A stretch of DNA of 64,000 nucleotides, taken from NCBI GenBank assembly GCA_964618935.1, contig CAZUDL010000008.1, positions 28,870 through 92,869 on the forward strand. The letters are read 5' to 3'. Below the pieces are notes generated by a model. It saw only the letters and a program-made list of their open reading frames with translations, was not told where the DNA came from and searched no databases. A program made the position numbers and the translations under genes. Positions 26,849-36,945 of this stretch are shown piece after piece. How positions within the stretch are numbered: the stretch's first letter is position 1; every line of letters begins with the position of its first letter. The stretch comes from an uncultured Actinomycetes bacterium. Its GTDB lineage: Bacteria > Chloroflexota > Dormibacteria > Aeolococcales > Aeolococcaceae.

Positions 26849-28831
26849 ATGACATCGGACAAGTTGCCACCGGGTGGAGCCGGCCCCAAACGGCGCTCGC
26901 GCCGCACGTGGATCGTGGGTGTCGCCACCGTCGGGATCGCCTCCATCGGCCTGGCCGCGTGCGGCTCGACCAGCAGCGCCACCTCGGTCCCCCCCCAGTT
27001 CAACCCAACGAGCTTCGACACCTCGACGATCTCGTGGCTCGCCGCCAACGTCAACGACACGGGGACGCCGCCGTCGACGCCCAGCGGGACGCTGACCATC
27101 GCCGGCTCCGAGGACGTCTCCGGAATGCTCGACCCGCAGGGTGAGTACGACACCGTCGGTTACACGGTGCTGCGCGCCCTCGACCGGACGCTGGTCAGCT
27201 ATCCGACCTCGTCCAACTTCACCACCGCCACCAGCCTCGTGGCCGACGCGGCCACGGAGGTGCCCACGGTGGCCAACGGCGGGATCACCAACGGCGGGTT
27301 GACCTACACGTTCCATCTCCGCTCGGGACTCACGTGGGACGTGACCGATCCCTCCACCGGAGCCTCGGTCGGGCCCGACTCCGGCACGCCGGTGACCTCC
27401 CAGGACTTCCTGCTCGGACTCAAGCGCGAGTGCGACCCGGTCCTGTCCGGGTACGGCAACCCCAGCTACTACACGGCGACGATCGCCGGCTTCCAGAGCT
27501 TCTGCACCGGGTATGAGGCCCTCGATCCGACGGCGCCGGCAGCGACACGGGCCGCCTACGTCAACGACAACACCATCTCGGGGATCTCGACCCCGGACAG
27601 CTCGACCATCGTCTTCACCTTGAGCGAGCCGGCCAGCGACTTCCTCAACATCCTCGCGATGTACTTCGCCGCCGCGGCGCCGCCCTCGTCGCTCAACTAC
27701 ATCCCCGAGACGGCGGGCAACCCGATCTGGGCCGACGGCCCCTACGCGGTCCAGGCCTACACCCCGGGCTCGCAGATCACCCTCGTGCCCAACCCCTACT
27801 GGGGCTCCAGCCCGACGGCGACCAGCTGGGCCCAGGACCCGGTCCGCAACCGGTACGTCTCCGAGATCAGCATCAACGAGACCCTCGGCTCGGACGCGGC
27901 CGCGGGTGAGGTCCAGGAGGAGATCCAGGACAACAGCCTCGACCTGGCGTGGAACACCGTCGTCCCCAACTCCTCGCTGCCCAGCCTCGCCAACCACAGC
28001 AACGCGGGCTTCGGTGACTTCCCCTCCCCGGGTATCACCAACCCCTACCTCGTCTTCAACACCCAGAGCACGGCCGACAACGGCGCCCTCGGCAAGGTCA
28101 AGGTCCGCCAGGCTCTGGAGTACGCCATCGACAAGGTCGCCATCAACAAGATCTACGGCGGCACCGACTTCAACGAGGCGTTGAACCAGGTGTTCAGCCC
28201 CGGCGCTGAGGGGTACATCGCCGGGTACGACCCCTATCCCACCACGAACGACGAGGGCAACCCCGCCAAGTGCAAGACGCTGCTCAAGGCGGCCGGCTAT
28301 CCCAACGGGCTGACCCTCACCGACTACTACCGCACCGACGGCAACCACCCCGCCGTGTTCGAAGAGGTCAAGACCGACTTCGGCAAGTGCGGCGTGACCG
28401 TCAACGGCAAGCCGATCTCGAACGGCTACTACACCTCGTCGGGAATCCTGGCCAGCAGCGCCACCGACCTGGCGGCGTCGGGCGAATGGGACCTGACCGA
28501 GCCGGGCTGGGTGCCCGACTGGTACGGGCCGACCAACGCCCGGTCCATCCTCCCCGACCTGTTCGGCACGAGTGACTTCCCCGGCACCAACTGGGGCGAC
28601 TTCAGCGACCCGAACGTCGACAACCTGATCGCCGAGGCGGAGGCGGCGCCCACGCTGGCGCAGGCCACCACCTACTGGCAGGAAGCCAACAAGGCGGTCA
28701 TGGCCGACGCCCCGTTCGTCCCCTTCCAGACCCAGCTGACCAACATCATGCATGCGTCGAGCGTGCACAACGCGATCTACAACCCGTTCTCCGCGCAGTA
28801 CGACATCACCGCCTGCTGGGTCAGCAGCTAG
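26849..28831 (+). CDS. ABC transporter substrate-binding lipoprotein, family 5 (oligo/dipeptide/nickel type)
   Basis: Lipobox LAAC; YTFHLR, VTSQDF, DGPY, VRQALEYAIDK, GWVPDW; AGGAGG before ATG 26849. Confidence 0.9.
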   Translation: MTSDKLPPGGAGPKRRSRRTWIVGVATVGIASIGLAACGSTSSATSVPPQFNPTSFDTSTISWLAANVNDTGTPPSTPSGTLTIAGSEDVSGMLDPQGEYDTVGYTVLRALDRTLVSYPTSSNFTTATSLVADAATEVPTVANGGITNGGLTYTFHLRSGLTWDVTDPSTGASVGPDSGTPVTSQDFLLGLKRECDPVLSGYGNPSYYTATIAGFQSFCTGYEALDPTAPAATRAAYVNDNTISGISTPDSSTIVFTLSEPASDFLNILAMYFAAAAPPSSLNYIPETAGNPIWADGPYAVQAYTPGSQITLVPNPYWGSSPTATSWAQDPVRNRYVSEISINETLGSDAAAGEVQEEIQDNSLDLAWNTVVPNSSLPSLANHSNAGFGDFPSPGITNPYLVFNTQSTADNGALGKVKVRQALEYAIDKVAINKIYGGTDFNEALNQVFSPGAEGYIAGYDPYPTTNDEGNPAKCKTLLKAAGYPNGLTLTDYYRTDGNHPAVFEEVKTDFGKCGVTVNGKPISNGYYTSSGILASSATDLAASGEWDLTEPGWVPDWYGPTNARSILPDLFGTSDFPGTNWGDFSDPNVDNLIAEAEAAPTLAQATTYWQEANKAVMADAPFVPFQTQLTNIMHASSVHNAIYNPFSAQYDITACWVSS

Positions 28832-28872
28832 GCGAAACCAGCCAGCCATGAGGGTGCCGCCGGGCCCCTCAG

Positions 28873-28926
28873 CCGCACCCGACCATCGCCTCCGCCCCGA
28901 CGCGGGGCGGGGGCGGTGGGGTGCGG
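28873..28926 (+). terminator. Long GC-rich intercistronic stem-loop after the SBP gene (terminator or mRNA stabiliser, no U-tract)
   Basis: About 24-bp imperfect stem CCGCACCC...CCGCCCCG-ACG-CGGGGCGG...GGGTGCGG. Confidence 0.55.
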
Positions 28927-29065
28927 ACCCCCCGCGACCGACTCTCCGGCGCCGGTCCGCCCCGGTGGACGGGCACGGGCCGCCGTCCCGTGGCGGAGGT
29001 CCGCTTGGAGCTCCGGCGCCGCCCAGCGCAGGATCCCGACCCACCCCGGTATCGTCTCAGCCGAC

Positions 29066-30154
29066 ATGAGCCTGCTGGCCGTCGAGGATCTCACCGTCTC
29101 GTTCCCCACCTCCGACGGGGTGGTCCGGGCGGTGCGGGGGCTGTCCTTCGAGGTCGAGCCCGGCCGGATCCTGGGGATCGTCGGCGAGACCGGCTCGGGG
29201 AAGACCGTGACGGCGCTCAGCCTGCTCGGGCTCAACCCCGGCGCCGACATCAGCGGCTCGGCACGCTTCCAGGGCCGGGACCTTCTCGCCATGGGGAGCA
29301 ACGAACTCCGCCGGCTCCGCGGCTCCGAGATCGCCATGATCTTCCAGGACCCGCTGAGCAGCCTCCACCCCTATTACCGCGTCGGCTGGCAGATCTCGGA
29401 GGCGATCCGCACCCACAGCCGGGTCAGCCGGGACGAGGCGATGCGCCAGGCCGTCGAGCTGCTCCGCATGGTCAGCATCCCCCAGCCCGAACGCCGGGTC
29501 CAGGCCTATCCGCACGAACTCTCCGGAGGCATGCGCCAGCGGGCGATGATCGCCATGGCCTTGGCCCTTCGCCCCAAGCTCCTCATCGCCGACGAGCCGA
29601 CCACGGCGCTGGATGCGACCGTCCAGGCCCAGCTGATGGAGCTGCTCACCGGGATGCAGCGCGAGCTGGGGATGGCCGTCATCATCATCACCCACGACCT
29701 CGGCCTGGTCGCCTCCATCGCCGACTCGGTGCTGGTCATGTACGCGGGGCGAGCCGCCGAGCGCGCCGACTCGCGGAGCATCTTCTACTCCCCCCACCAC
29801 CCCTACACCCGGGGACTGCTCGGCTCCATCCCCGGGGCCACCGGGGTCCGGGGCCGCCTGGTGCCCATCGTCGGCCAGCCTCCCAGCCTCATCCGGATCC
29901 CCACCGGCTGCGCCTTCCACCCCCGATGCCCCTTCGCCATGGACGCGTGCGTCCGCGACCAGCCCGAGCTGGCCCCCGTCTCCGGCGGTGTGGACCACGT
30001 GTCGGCGTGCTTCCTGCCCCCGGACGCCGTGGGGGTCGACCCCGCCATGGACGCGACCCGCCGCCGCTACGCGGAGAGCCGCCGCGGTGCCAGGGTGTCC
30101 CAGCTCCAGGGCGTGACCGCCCTGCAGGGCGGCGGAGGGGTCGCCGATGTCTGA
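29066..30154 (+). CDS. oppD: Peptide ABC ATPase, OppD/DppD-like
   Basis: GETGSGKT, IFQDP, YPHELSGGMRQR, DEPTTALD, HPYTRGLL, GCAFHPRC. Confidence 0.93.
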   Translation: MSLLAVEDLTVSFPTSDGVVRAVRGLSFEVEPGRILGIVGETGSGKTVTALSLLGLNPGADISGSARFQGRDLLAMGSNELRRLRGSEIAMIFQDPLSSLHPYYRVGWQISEAIRTHSRVSRDEAMRQAVELLRMVSIPQPERRVQAYPHELSGGMRQRAMIAMALALRPKLLIADEPTTALDATVQAQLMELLTGMQRELGMAVIIITHDLGLVASIADSVLVMYAGRAAERADSRSIFYSPHHPYTRGLLGSIPGATGVRGRLVPIVGQPPSLIRIPTGCAFHPRCPFAMDACVRDQPELAPVSGGVDHVSACFLPPDAVGVDPAMDATRRRYAESRRGARVSQLQGVTALQGGGGVADV

Positions 30155-31205
30155 GGCGGCGCCCGCTCCCGCCGCGGGCACGCTGCTCAGCGTCGACCGG
30201 GTCGTCAAGCGATTCCCGATCCGGCGCGGCGTCTTCTTCAAGCGCCAGATCGGCAGCGTCCATGCCGTGGAGGGTGTCTCGCTCGAGGTTCGGCGGGGCG
30301 AGACGCTCGGCCTGGTGGGGGAGACCGGCTGCGGCAAGTCGACGCTTGCACGCTGCATCACCCGCCTCTACCCGCTGACCTCCGGCAGTGTGCTCTTCGA
30401 CGGCGTCGACATCAGCCGGCTGTCGCGCCGGTCCCTCCGACCCTACCGCCGGCGGATCCAGATGATCTTCCAGGACCCGTACGGGTCGCTGAACCCGCGC
30501 CGGCGTGTCGGATCGATCATCGGCGACCCCCTGGCCATCCACAAGGTGGCCTCGGGTGCCGAGCGCAAGCGCCGGGTCCAGGAGCTGATGGCGGTGGTCG
30601 GCCTCAATCCCGAGCACTACAACCGCTTCCCCTCGGAGTTCTCCGGGGGGCAGCGGCAGCGCATCGGGGTCGCCCGGGCCCTGGCCCTGCATCCCGACCT
30701 GATCGTCTGCGACGAGCCCGTGTCGGCGCTCGACGTCTCCGTCCAGGCGCAGATCATCAACCTGCTGGAGGACCTGCAGGCGCAGTTCGGCCTCACCTAC
30801 ATCTTCATCGCTCACGACCTGGCCGTGGTGGAGCACGTCAGCGACCGAGTGGCGGTGATGTACCTCGGCAAGCTGATGGAGAAGGCGGAAGTCAAGGACC
30901 TCTACGGCTCGCCCCGCCATCCCTACACGGTGGCGCTGCTCTCCGCCTCCATGGTGCCAGACCCCGAACGGGCCCGTGCATCGCACCGGGTCGTTCTCTC
31001 CGGCGACGTCCCCTCGCCCATCAACCCGCCCTCCGGATGCCCCTTCCACACCCGCTGCCCGAGGGCCCAGGCGATCTGCTGGGTCGAGGAGCCGCCCCTC
31101 GAGGTCAAGAGCGGCGACCCGCCCGACCACCTCACGGCCTGCCACTTCCCGGTGGCGCCGGGCGAGCAGCTGCAGCGCGCTCCGGCGCAGGAGGTGGCGG
31201 GTTGA
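30147..31205 (+). CDS. oppF: Peptide ABC ATPase, OppF/DppF-like
   Basis: GETGCGKS, FSGGQRQR, DEPVSALDVS, PSPINPPSGCPFHTRC. Confidence 0.93.
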   Translation: MSEAAPAPAAGTLLSVDRVVKRFPIRRGVFFKRQIGSVHAVEGVSLEVRRGETLGLVGETGCGKSTLARCITRLYPLTSGSVLFDGVDISRLSRRSLRPYRRRIQMIFQDPYGSLNPRRRVGSIIGDPLAIHKVASGAERKRRVQELMAVVGLNPEHYNRFPSEFSGGQRQRIGVARALALHPDLIVCDEPVSALDVSVQAQIINLLEDLQAQFGLTYIFIAHDLAVVEHVSDRVAVMYLGKLMEKAEVKDLYGSPRHPYTVALLSASMVPDPERARASHRVVLSGDVPSPINPPSGCPFHTRCPRAQAICWVEEPPLEVKSGDPPDHLTACHFPVAPGEQLQRAPAQEVAG

Positions 31206-32245
31206 GCCTCGCCCCCTTCGAGGGCCGGACGCAGCTCCTCGATCCGGGAGACCTGCCGCCCGAGGCGGCCCAGGGGATCGAGGGCCGCAGCCCGCTGCGA
31301 CTGGCCCTGGCCCGGTTGCGCACCGACCGCATCGCCATCGTCGCCGGCGGGCTGATCGTGCTGATGGCCCTGCTCGCCGTCCTGGCCCCGATCATCTCCT
31401 CCGTCACCGGGCACAACCCCTACAACAACAACCTCCTCACCGGGACAACGTCCTTCGGCCAGCCGCTGTCGCCCGGCCAGGGCGGCTACCTGCTCGGCAC
31501 CGACAACGTCGGGCGCGACATCCTGGTCCGGATCGCCTACGGGGCCCAGATCTCGCTCATGGTGGGGATCCTGGCGACGCTCATCGCCACCGTCGTCGGG
31601 ACGGTGATCGGGCTGGTCGCCGGCTACTACGGGGGCTGGATCGACGCGGTGCTGGCCCGGCTGATGGACACCGTCCTCTCCTTCCCCTACGTGCTCCTCG
31701 CCATCGTCCTGGCGTCGGTGTTCGGCGCCAGCCTCCCGCTCACCATCGGCGTCATCGCCTTCTTCTCCTGGGCGGCCATCGGCAGGATCGTCCGCGGCCA
31801 GACGCTGTCGCACCGGGAGAAGGAGTACGTCGAAGCGGCCCACGCCGCCGGGGCCGGCGACCTCCGCATCATGTTCGTCGACATCCTGCCCAACCTGGTG
31901 GCGCCGATCATCGTCCTGGGGACGCTGCTGGTTCCCACCGCCATCGTCTTCGAGGCGACCCTCGACTTCCTCGGGGTCGGAGTGGGGCCGCCGACGCCCA
32001 CCTGGGGCAACATGCTCTCCGACGCTCAGAACTCCGGCTTCGTCAACTGGTGGTTCTGGATCTTCCCCTCCATCGCGCTGCTGCTCACCACCCTCGGCTT
32101 CAACCTCCTCGGGGACTCGGTGCGCGATGCGCTCGATCCCCGCACCGAGAGGATCTTCGCCACGCGCCGCAAGGGGGCGAAGTCCGGCGGCGGCGCTCCC
32201 GCGGGTGCCGGTGCCGTGCCCGCCGCGGGTGAGGCGGGATCCTGA
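31202..32245 (+). CDS. oppC: Peptide ABC permease, OppC/DppC-like
   Basis: LLGTDNVGRD, GYYGGWID, EYVEAAHAAGA, PTWGNML; TTG start overlapping oppF stop. Confidence 0.92.
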   Translation: MSLAPFEGRTQLLDPGDLPPEAAQGIEGRSPLRLALARLRTDRIAIVAGGLIVLMALLAVLAPIISSVTGHNPYNNNLLTGTTSFGQPLSPGQGGYLLGTDNVGRDILVRIAYGAQISLMVGILATLIATVVGTVIGLVAGYYGGWIDAVLARLMDTVLSFPYVLLAIVLASVFGASLPLTIGVIAFFSWAAIGRIVRGQTLSHREKEYVEAAHAAGAGDLRIMFVDILPNLVAPIIVLGTLLVPTAIVFEATLDFLGVGVGPPTPTWGNMLSDAQNSGFVNWWFWIFPSIALLLTTLGFNLLGDSVRDALDPRTERIFATRRKGAKSGGGAPAGAGAVPAAGEAGS

Positions 32246-33207
32246 TGAGCCGCTATCTCATCCGCCGAGTGATCCAGGGGATCTTCACCCTCTGGGTGAT
32301 CGTCAGCCTCGTCTTCTTCCTCTACTTCATCGCGCCGCACGATCCGGCGCGCCTCCTCGCCGGCAAGACGGTGACCCCCGGGCTGGTCGAGAACATCCGC
32401 AAGTCGCTGGGCCTGAACCTGCCCATCTGGCAGCAGTACCTCAACTACCTCGGACGCTTGATCCACGGGAACCTGGGGCTGTCGTACTTCCTCAAGCAAC
32501 CGGTGACCACCATCATCGCCCGGGAGGTGCCGGTCGACATCTCGCTGGCCATCCCGGCCGGCATCATCTGGCTTGCGCTCGGCCTGAGCATCGGCATCCT
32601 CTCGGCCCGCCGGCCGCGGAGCATCTGGGACCGCAGCGCGACCGTCTTCGTCCTCACCGGGCTGTCGACGCCGACCTTCATCCTGGGGCTGCTGCTGCTG
32701 TATTTCTTCTACTACATCCTGACCAGCCATGGGATCGCCATCTTCCCGGGTGCGGGAAGCTGGACCCCCTTCCAGACCAACCCGCTGCAGTGGGCCCACG
32801 ACCTCCTCCTTCCCTGGCTCACCCTGGCGCTGATCTCGGCGGCAACCTACGCCCGCCTCTCGCGCAGCACGCTGCTGGAGACCCTGGGAGAGGACTACGT
32901 CCGGACCGCCCGGGCCAAGGGGCTGTCCGAGCGCCGGGTGGTGTACCGCCATGCGCTGCGCGCCGCCATGACCCCGATCACGACCCAGTTCGGCATCGAC
33001 CTCGCCACCGTGCTGGGCGGGGCCATCATCACCGAGACGGTCTTCGGTCTTCCCGGGCTGGGGCAGGGCGTGGTCGTCGCCATCAGCCGCCAGGACCTGC
33101 CGCTGATCCAGGGGATCGTCCTCGTCGCGGCGGCCTTCATCGTCGTCGCCAACATCGTCGTCGACGCGCTGTACGCGGTCCTCGATCCGCGCGTGCGCCT
33201 GACGTAG
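32245..33207 (+). CDS. oppB: Peptide ABC permease, OppB/DppB-like
   Basis: GNLGLSY, EDYVRTARAKGL, ETVFGLPGLG, DALYAVLDPRV. Confidence 0.93.
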   Translation: MSRYLIRRVIQGIFTLWVIVSLVFFLYFIAPHDPARLLAGKTVTPGLVENIRKSLGLNLPIWQQYLNYLGRLIHGNLGLSYFLKQPVTTIIAREVPVDISLAIPAGIIWLALGLSIGILSARRPRSIWDRSATVFVLTGLSTPTFILGLLLLYFFYYILTSHGIAIFPGAGSWTPFQTNPLQWAHDLLLPWLTLALISAATYARLSRSTLLETLGEDYVRTARAKGLSERRVVYRHALRAAMTPITTQFGIDLATVLGGAIITETVFGLPGLGQGVVVAISRQDLPLIQGIVLVAAAFIVVANIVVDALYAVLDPRVRLT

Positions 33208-33231
33208 CCGGTCCCTGCCCCGCCGCCCCCC

Positions 33232-33996
33232 TTACGACACGGCGCGACCGAAGGAGCGGGCCGCCACCACGATCATCACCAGCGCCAGCACCGCCATGAC
33301 GGCCACGCCCTCGATGACGCTGCTGGTGCCGAGATGCTGGACGAAGACGTCACGCGCAGCGTTGACTGCGTAGTAGAGCGGGTTGAAATCGGCGACGTCG
33401 CGCAACCAGACGGGGCCCAGCTTGAGGGGCAACAGGACGCCGGACAGGAGCAGGAGGGGAAGCGCGGCGGTGAAGATCAGGGGGGCGAAGGAGTCCTCGT
33501 CACGCAGTGCCAGGGCCAGCGCGTAGGAGATGCAGGCGGTGGTGACGCCGACCAGGGCCACCAGCGCCAGCACGATGAGCAGCCCCCCCCACTGGATGCT
33601 GAGGCCGAAGGGCAGGGCCAGGGCGATGAGGATCATCGCTTGAATGAGGAGGTTCATGACGTCGCGGAGCGCCCGGCCCAGCAGGAGGGAGGCGCGACTG
33701 ATCGGGGTCACCCGCAAGCGTTCGATGACACCCTCGCGCAGCTCACTGATGAGGCTGAAGCCGACGCCGGCGGCACCGAACATGCCCAGCTGCATGAGCA
33801 GTCCGGGAACGAAGAAGTTGTAGGCGCCTGCCGGCGAGAACCCCAGCGTGGTGGCGATGGGCTTGAGCAATGGGGCGAAGAGGAGCAGGTAGATGACGGG
33901 CTGGATGACGCCGATGGCGATCCACACCGGGTTGCGGAGAACCATGCCCAGGTAGCGGCGGTAGACGAGGCCGGTGTCGCGCAGGACGTGGTTCAT
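33232..33996 (-). CDS. ABC-2 type exporter permease (DrrB-like)
   Basis: FFVPG, ERLRVTPISR, LSGVLLPL, FNPLYYAV. Confidence 0.88.
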   Translation of the reverse strand: MNHVLRDTGLVYRRYLGMVLRNPVWIAIGVIQPVIYLLLFAPLLKPIATTLGFSPAGAYNFFVPGLLMQLGMFGAAGVGFSLISELREGVIERLRVTPISRASLLLGRALRDVMNLLIQAMILIALALPFGLSIQWGGLLIVLALVALVGVTTACISYALALALRDEDSFAPLIFTAALPLLLLSGVLLPLKLGPVWLRDVADFNPLYYAVNAARDVFVQHLGTSSVIEGVAVMAVLALVMIVVAARSFGRAVS

Positions 33997-34940
33997 GCCG
34001 CCTCCTCCCTCAGCGAGCGGCCCGTCTTGCGCAGGAAGACGTCGTCCAGGCTCGGCCGGTGCAGCTCCAGCGTCTCCAGCACGACGCCGGAGCCGTCGAG
34101 GAGGCGGAGGATGGCCGGCATCGCCGTCTCACCGCGATCGACGTAGAGCCGCAGGTGGCCCTCCTCCACGGTCGCCTCGCGGACGAAGTCCTGGCCGCGA
34201 AGGAGATCCAGTGCCGGTTCCGGGTCTCCCCCGACACCGATGGTGACGACGTCGCCGGCGACCTGCCGCTTCAGCTCGAGCGGCGTCCCCTCGGCGACGA
34301 TCCGGCCGTGGTCGATGATGGCCAGGCGGTCGCAGAGGGCGTCCGCCTCCTCCAGGTAGTGGGTGGTGAGGAAGATCGTGGTGCCCTCGTTCCGCAGCCG
34401 CCGCACCTCATCCCACATCCGCGCTCGGCTCTGGGGATCGAGCCCCGTGGTGGGCTCGTCGAGGAACAGCACCGCCGGTGTGTGCATCAGGCCCAGCCCG
34501 ATGTCGAGGCGGCGCCGCTGGCCACCCGAGTAGGTGCCGGTGGTGCGGTCGGCGCAGTCCTCCAGGTCCAGGCTCCTGAGCAGCTCGGCGGCGCGCCGCC
34601 GGGCATCCCTCGGCGTCATGTCGTAGAGGCGGCCCTGGAAGATCATCTCCTCGCGCCCGCTCACGTCCCGGTCGGCTCCCCCTCTCTGCCCCACGTAGCC
34701 GATCCGCTGGCGGACCTTGCCCGGCTCGTGCCGCAGGTCGTAGCCGGCGATGGTCGCCTGGCCACCCGTCGGAGGCAGCAGGGTGGCGAGCATGCGCAGG
34801 GTCGTCGTCTTGCCCGCGCCGTTGGGCCCCAGGAAGCCGAAGACCTGGTCGGCGTCGACCTGGAGGTCGATGCCGGCCACCGCCTCCACCTGGCCGCGTC
34901 GAGACTTGAAGACGCGGCGAAGTCCATGGGTCCTGATCAC
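33993..34940 (-). CDS. ABC exporter ATPase (DrrA-like)
   Basis: GPNGAGKTT, YSGGQRRR, LDEPTTGLDP, TTHYLEEAD, SLDDVFL; GAGG before GTG 34940. Confidence 0.92.
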   Translation of the reverse strand: MIRTHGLRRVFKSRRGQVEAVAGIDLQVDADQVFGFLGPNGAGKTTTLRMLATLLPPTGGQATIAGYDLRHEPGKVRQRIGYVGQRGGADRDVSGREEMIFQGRLYDMTPRDARRRAAELLRSLDLEDCADRTTGTYSGGQRRRLDIGLGLMHTPAVLFLDEPTTGLDPQSRARMWDEVRRLRNEGTTIFLTTHYLEEADALCDRLAIIDHGRIVAEGTPLELKRQVAGDVVTIGVGGDPEPALDLLRGQDFVREATVEEGHLRLYVDRGETAMPAILRLLDGSGVVLETLELHRPSLDDVFLRKTGRSLREEAA

Positions 34941-35620
34941 CTGGTTCCCTCCTCTGACGGGTGTCCCCGTCCGTCTGTCACGCGGGGCGGTGCGGTGTGG
35001 CCGCGGGTGGCGATGACATCGTCGCCGACGGCGGCGCCGGGCTTGGGAAGATCCTCGGGCGGCCACTCCAGCGTGCCGCCGGCGATATCGGCGATGAGCC
35101 TTCTCACCCACTCCAGCTCGGCGCGGATCATGGCGAGCTGCAGCTCATTCTCGATGACATGGAGCCTGGGCAGGTCAAGGCGGTCGACCAGTGTCCGGGA
35201 CGCGGCGTCCAGCGCGCCGATCCAGGCCTCCAGGGCGACGGTTCGCCGTCCCAGCGCCTCGGCCGCCGCCGTCGGGGGGAGGCAGCCGAGGAAGCTGACG
35301 GCCGCCAGGAAGACGAGGTGCTCGGGGACGGGGTGGACGATGAGATCGCTCAGCCACGGCCCCAGCTCCTCCGCCCCGGGCCGCGTGATGCGGTACACGG
35401 TGCGTTCTGGGCGGTGCCCCTCGCGGCTGGTCTCCGCCGGTTCGACGAGACCATCGGCGTGGAGACGGTCCACGGCGTGGTACAGGGCGCGGGTCCGGCC
35501 CATGGCGAACTCCAGGTGCCGCTCCTTGATCAGCCTCTCCAGGTCGTACGGGTGGCGCGGTCCCTCGGAGAGGAGGGCGAGGACGGTCAGGGCGACCAGG
35601 TCGCGTGGGGAGTGGTCCAC
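34937..35620 (-). CDS. PadR-family transcriptional regulator
   Basis: LALLSEGPRHPYDL, LYHAVDRL, ERTVYRIT, ELEWVRRL; GTGA overlap with drrA. Confidence 0.87.
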   Translation of the reverse strand: MDHSPRDLVALTVLALLSEGPRHPYDLERLIKERHLEFAMGRTRALYHAVDRLHADGLVEPAETSREGHRPERTVYRITRPGAEELGPWLSDLIVHPVPEHLVFLAAVSFLGCLPPTAAAEALGRRTVALEAWIGALDAASRTLVDRLDLPRLHVIENELQLAMIRAELEWVRRLIADIAGGTLEWPPEDLPKPGAAVGDDVIATRGHTAPPRVTDGRGHPSEEGTR

Positions 35621-35766
35621 TGTATTGATATCATCTCGCAATAAGGCAAGATGCAATATAGCGCGCCGCTCCTCGGCGGTCAACCCCGCCCCGGGCGGCT
35701 CCGGATTCGCCGTCCGCCCGGCGCGATGCATCATCAGGACGTCACCGTTCTCAGGAGGCCCCACCG

Positions 35767-36210
35767 ATGCCGATCACCCACAGCACCGCCGACGCGACCT
35801 GGTCCGGGGATCTCGCCGGAGGCGCCGGCAGCGTCCGACCGGGAAGCGGCTCCTTCCCCGCCCTGCCACTCTCCTGGGGTCATCGGGCGCAGCGGGAGCA
35901 GGGCTCGACCAGCCCGGAGGAGCTCATCGCCGCCGCCCACGCCGGCTGCTATAGCATGGGGCTCGCCAACGAGCTGGCCCGGGCGGGGCATCCACCGGCG
36001 CGGCTTGAAACCGGCGCCCGGGTCGCCTTCGAGACGGGGCGCCCCGACGGCGCTGCCATCGTCGCCATCGAGCTGACGGTGCGGGGCGTGGTGCCGGGCA
36101 TCGGCGGCGACGCGTTCCAGGCCGCCGCCGAGGCGGCCAGGGTGGGCTGCCCGGTGTCCAAGGCGCTGTCAGGGGTCGAGATCCGCCTCCAGGCGACCCT
36201 GGAGGGCTGA
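35767..36210 (+). CDS. osmC: OsmC-family peroxiredoxin
   Basis: TSPEELIAAAHAGCYSM, GCPVSKAL; GGAGG RBS. Confidence 0.92.
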   Translation: MPITHSTADATWSGDLAGGAGSVRPGSGSFPALPLSWGHRAQREQGSTSPEELIAAAHAGCYSMGLANELARAGHPPARLETGARVAFETGRPDGAAIVAIELTVRGVVPGIGGDAFQAAAEAARVGCPVSKALSGVEIRLQATLEG

Positions 36211-36261
36211 GGGGCCGCGCGCCGGCGGCCCTCCTCCGTCCTGGCGCGGACCTGGCGGGGC

Positions 36262-36897
36262 CTACGCGCTCTGCGTGAAGAGGATGGCGAAGCCGCAGCT
36301 CTGACCCTGGTCCGAGCTGTCGGTGTTGAAGCTGGTGCCCTTGGTGACGGTGAAGGTGAAGGTGTTGCCGGTGCTCCCGCTGCCGTTGTGGGTGGCGTCA
36401 CCGCCCGTCCATAGGGTGGTGGGGGTGGCGGCGTTGTTGTTCAAGCTGGTCGGCGGGATGGTGACGCTGGCGGCTCCGCTCCAGACGGTCGTTCCGTTCT
36501 TGTCCGTGATGGTGAGGACGAGGTCGGGGCAGAGGTTGCCGCTCGGGGCAGCCGGCTCGCTGACCGAGAAGGTGCTGCTCAGGGACCCGCTGTTGTCGAT
36601 CTTCACCGCCCCGGTGGCGAGCGTGGCCGGGGAGGCGGGGGCGACCCCGGTGACGTTGATGATGATGTCGCAGACGTTGCCGGTCTGATTCAGGAGACCC
36701 GTCGAGTTCACCGAGGTGCAGGTGTTGGTGACCGTGTTGCTGTGGGTCAGGCTTCCCGCCGCCACGCTGTTGCCGGCGTTCTCGGTGTAGCTCTGCCAGG
36801 CGGCCAGGCCTCCGTAGCCGACCAGGCCCGTGGTCGCCACCGTGACCCCGAGCGCGATCGCCACTCGGAGCATGCGATTGCGCCTGCGCCTGTCCAT
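36262..36897 (-). CDS. Secreted TasA/CalY-like protein with SipW-class signal peptide
   Basis: Basic N-region, hydrophobic helix, then GGLAAWQSYTENAGNSVAAGSL resembling the A-F/W...N...aG.l SipW-cognate pattern; Thr/Ser/Asn/Gly-rich; GAAGGAAAGG RBS. Confidence 0.6.
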   Translation of the reverse strand: MDRRRRNRMLRVAIALGVTVATTGLVGYGGLAAWQSYTENAGNSVAAGSLTHSNTVTNTCTSVNSTGLLNQTGNVCDIIINVTGVAPASPATLATGAVKIDNSGSLSSTFSVSEPAAPSGNLCPDLVLTITDKNGTTVWSGAASVTIPPTSLNNNAATPTTLWTGGDATHNGSGSTGNTFTFTVTKGTSFNTDSSDQGQSCGFAILFTQSA

Positions 36898-36929
36898 GAC
36901 CTTTCCTTCGAGCCCCATATCAGGCCGAA

Positions 36930-36945
36930 TAGTTCAATTGCACTA
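36930..36945. promoter_or_regulatory. 16-bp imperfect palindrome TAGTTCAATTGCACTA upstream of the TasA-like gene; candidate operator
   Basis: 14 of 16 positions self-complementary; AT-rich in a GC-rich background. Confidence 0.4.

Noticed and set aside
35621-35662. AT-rich padR/osmC intergenic with weak inverted repeats
   Set aside because: Probably overlapping promoters; no clean operator could be defined
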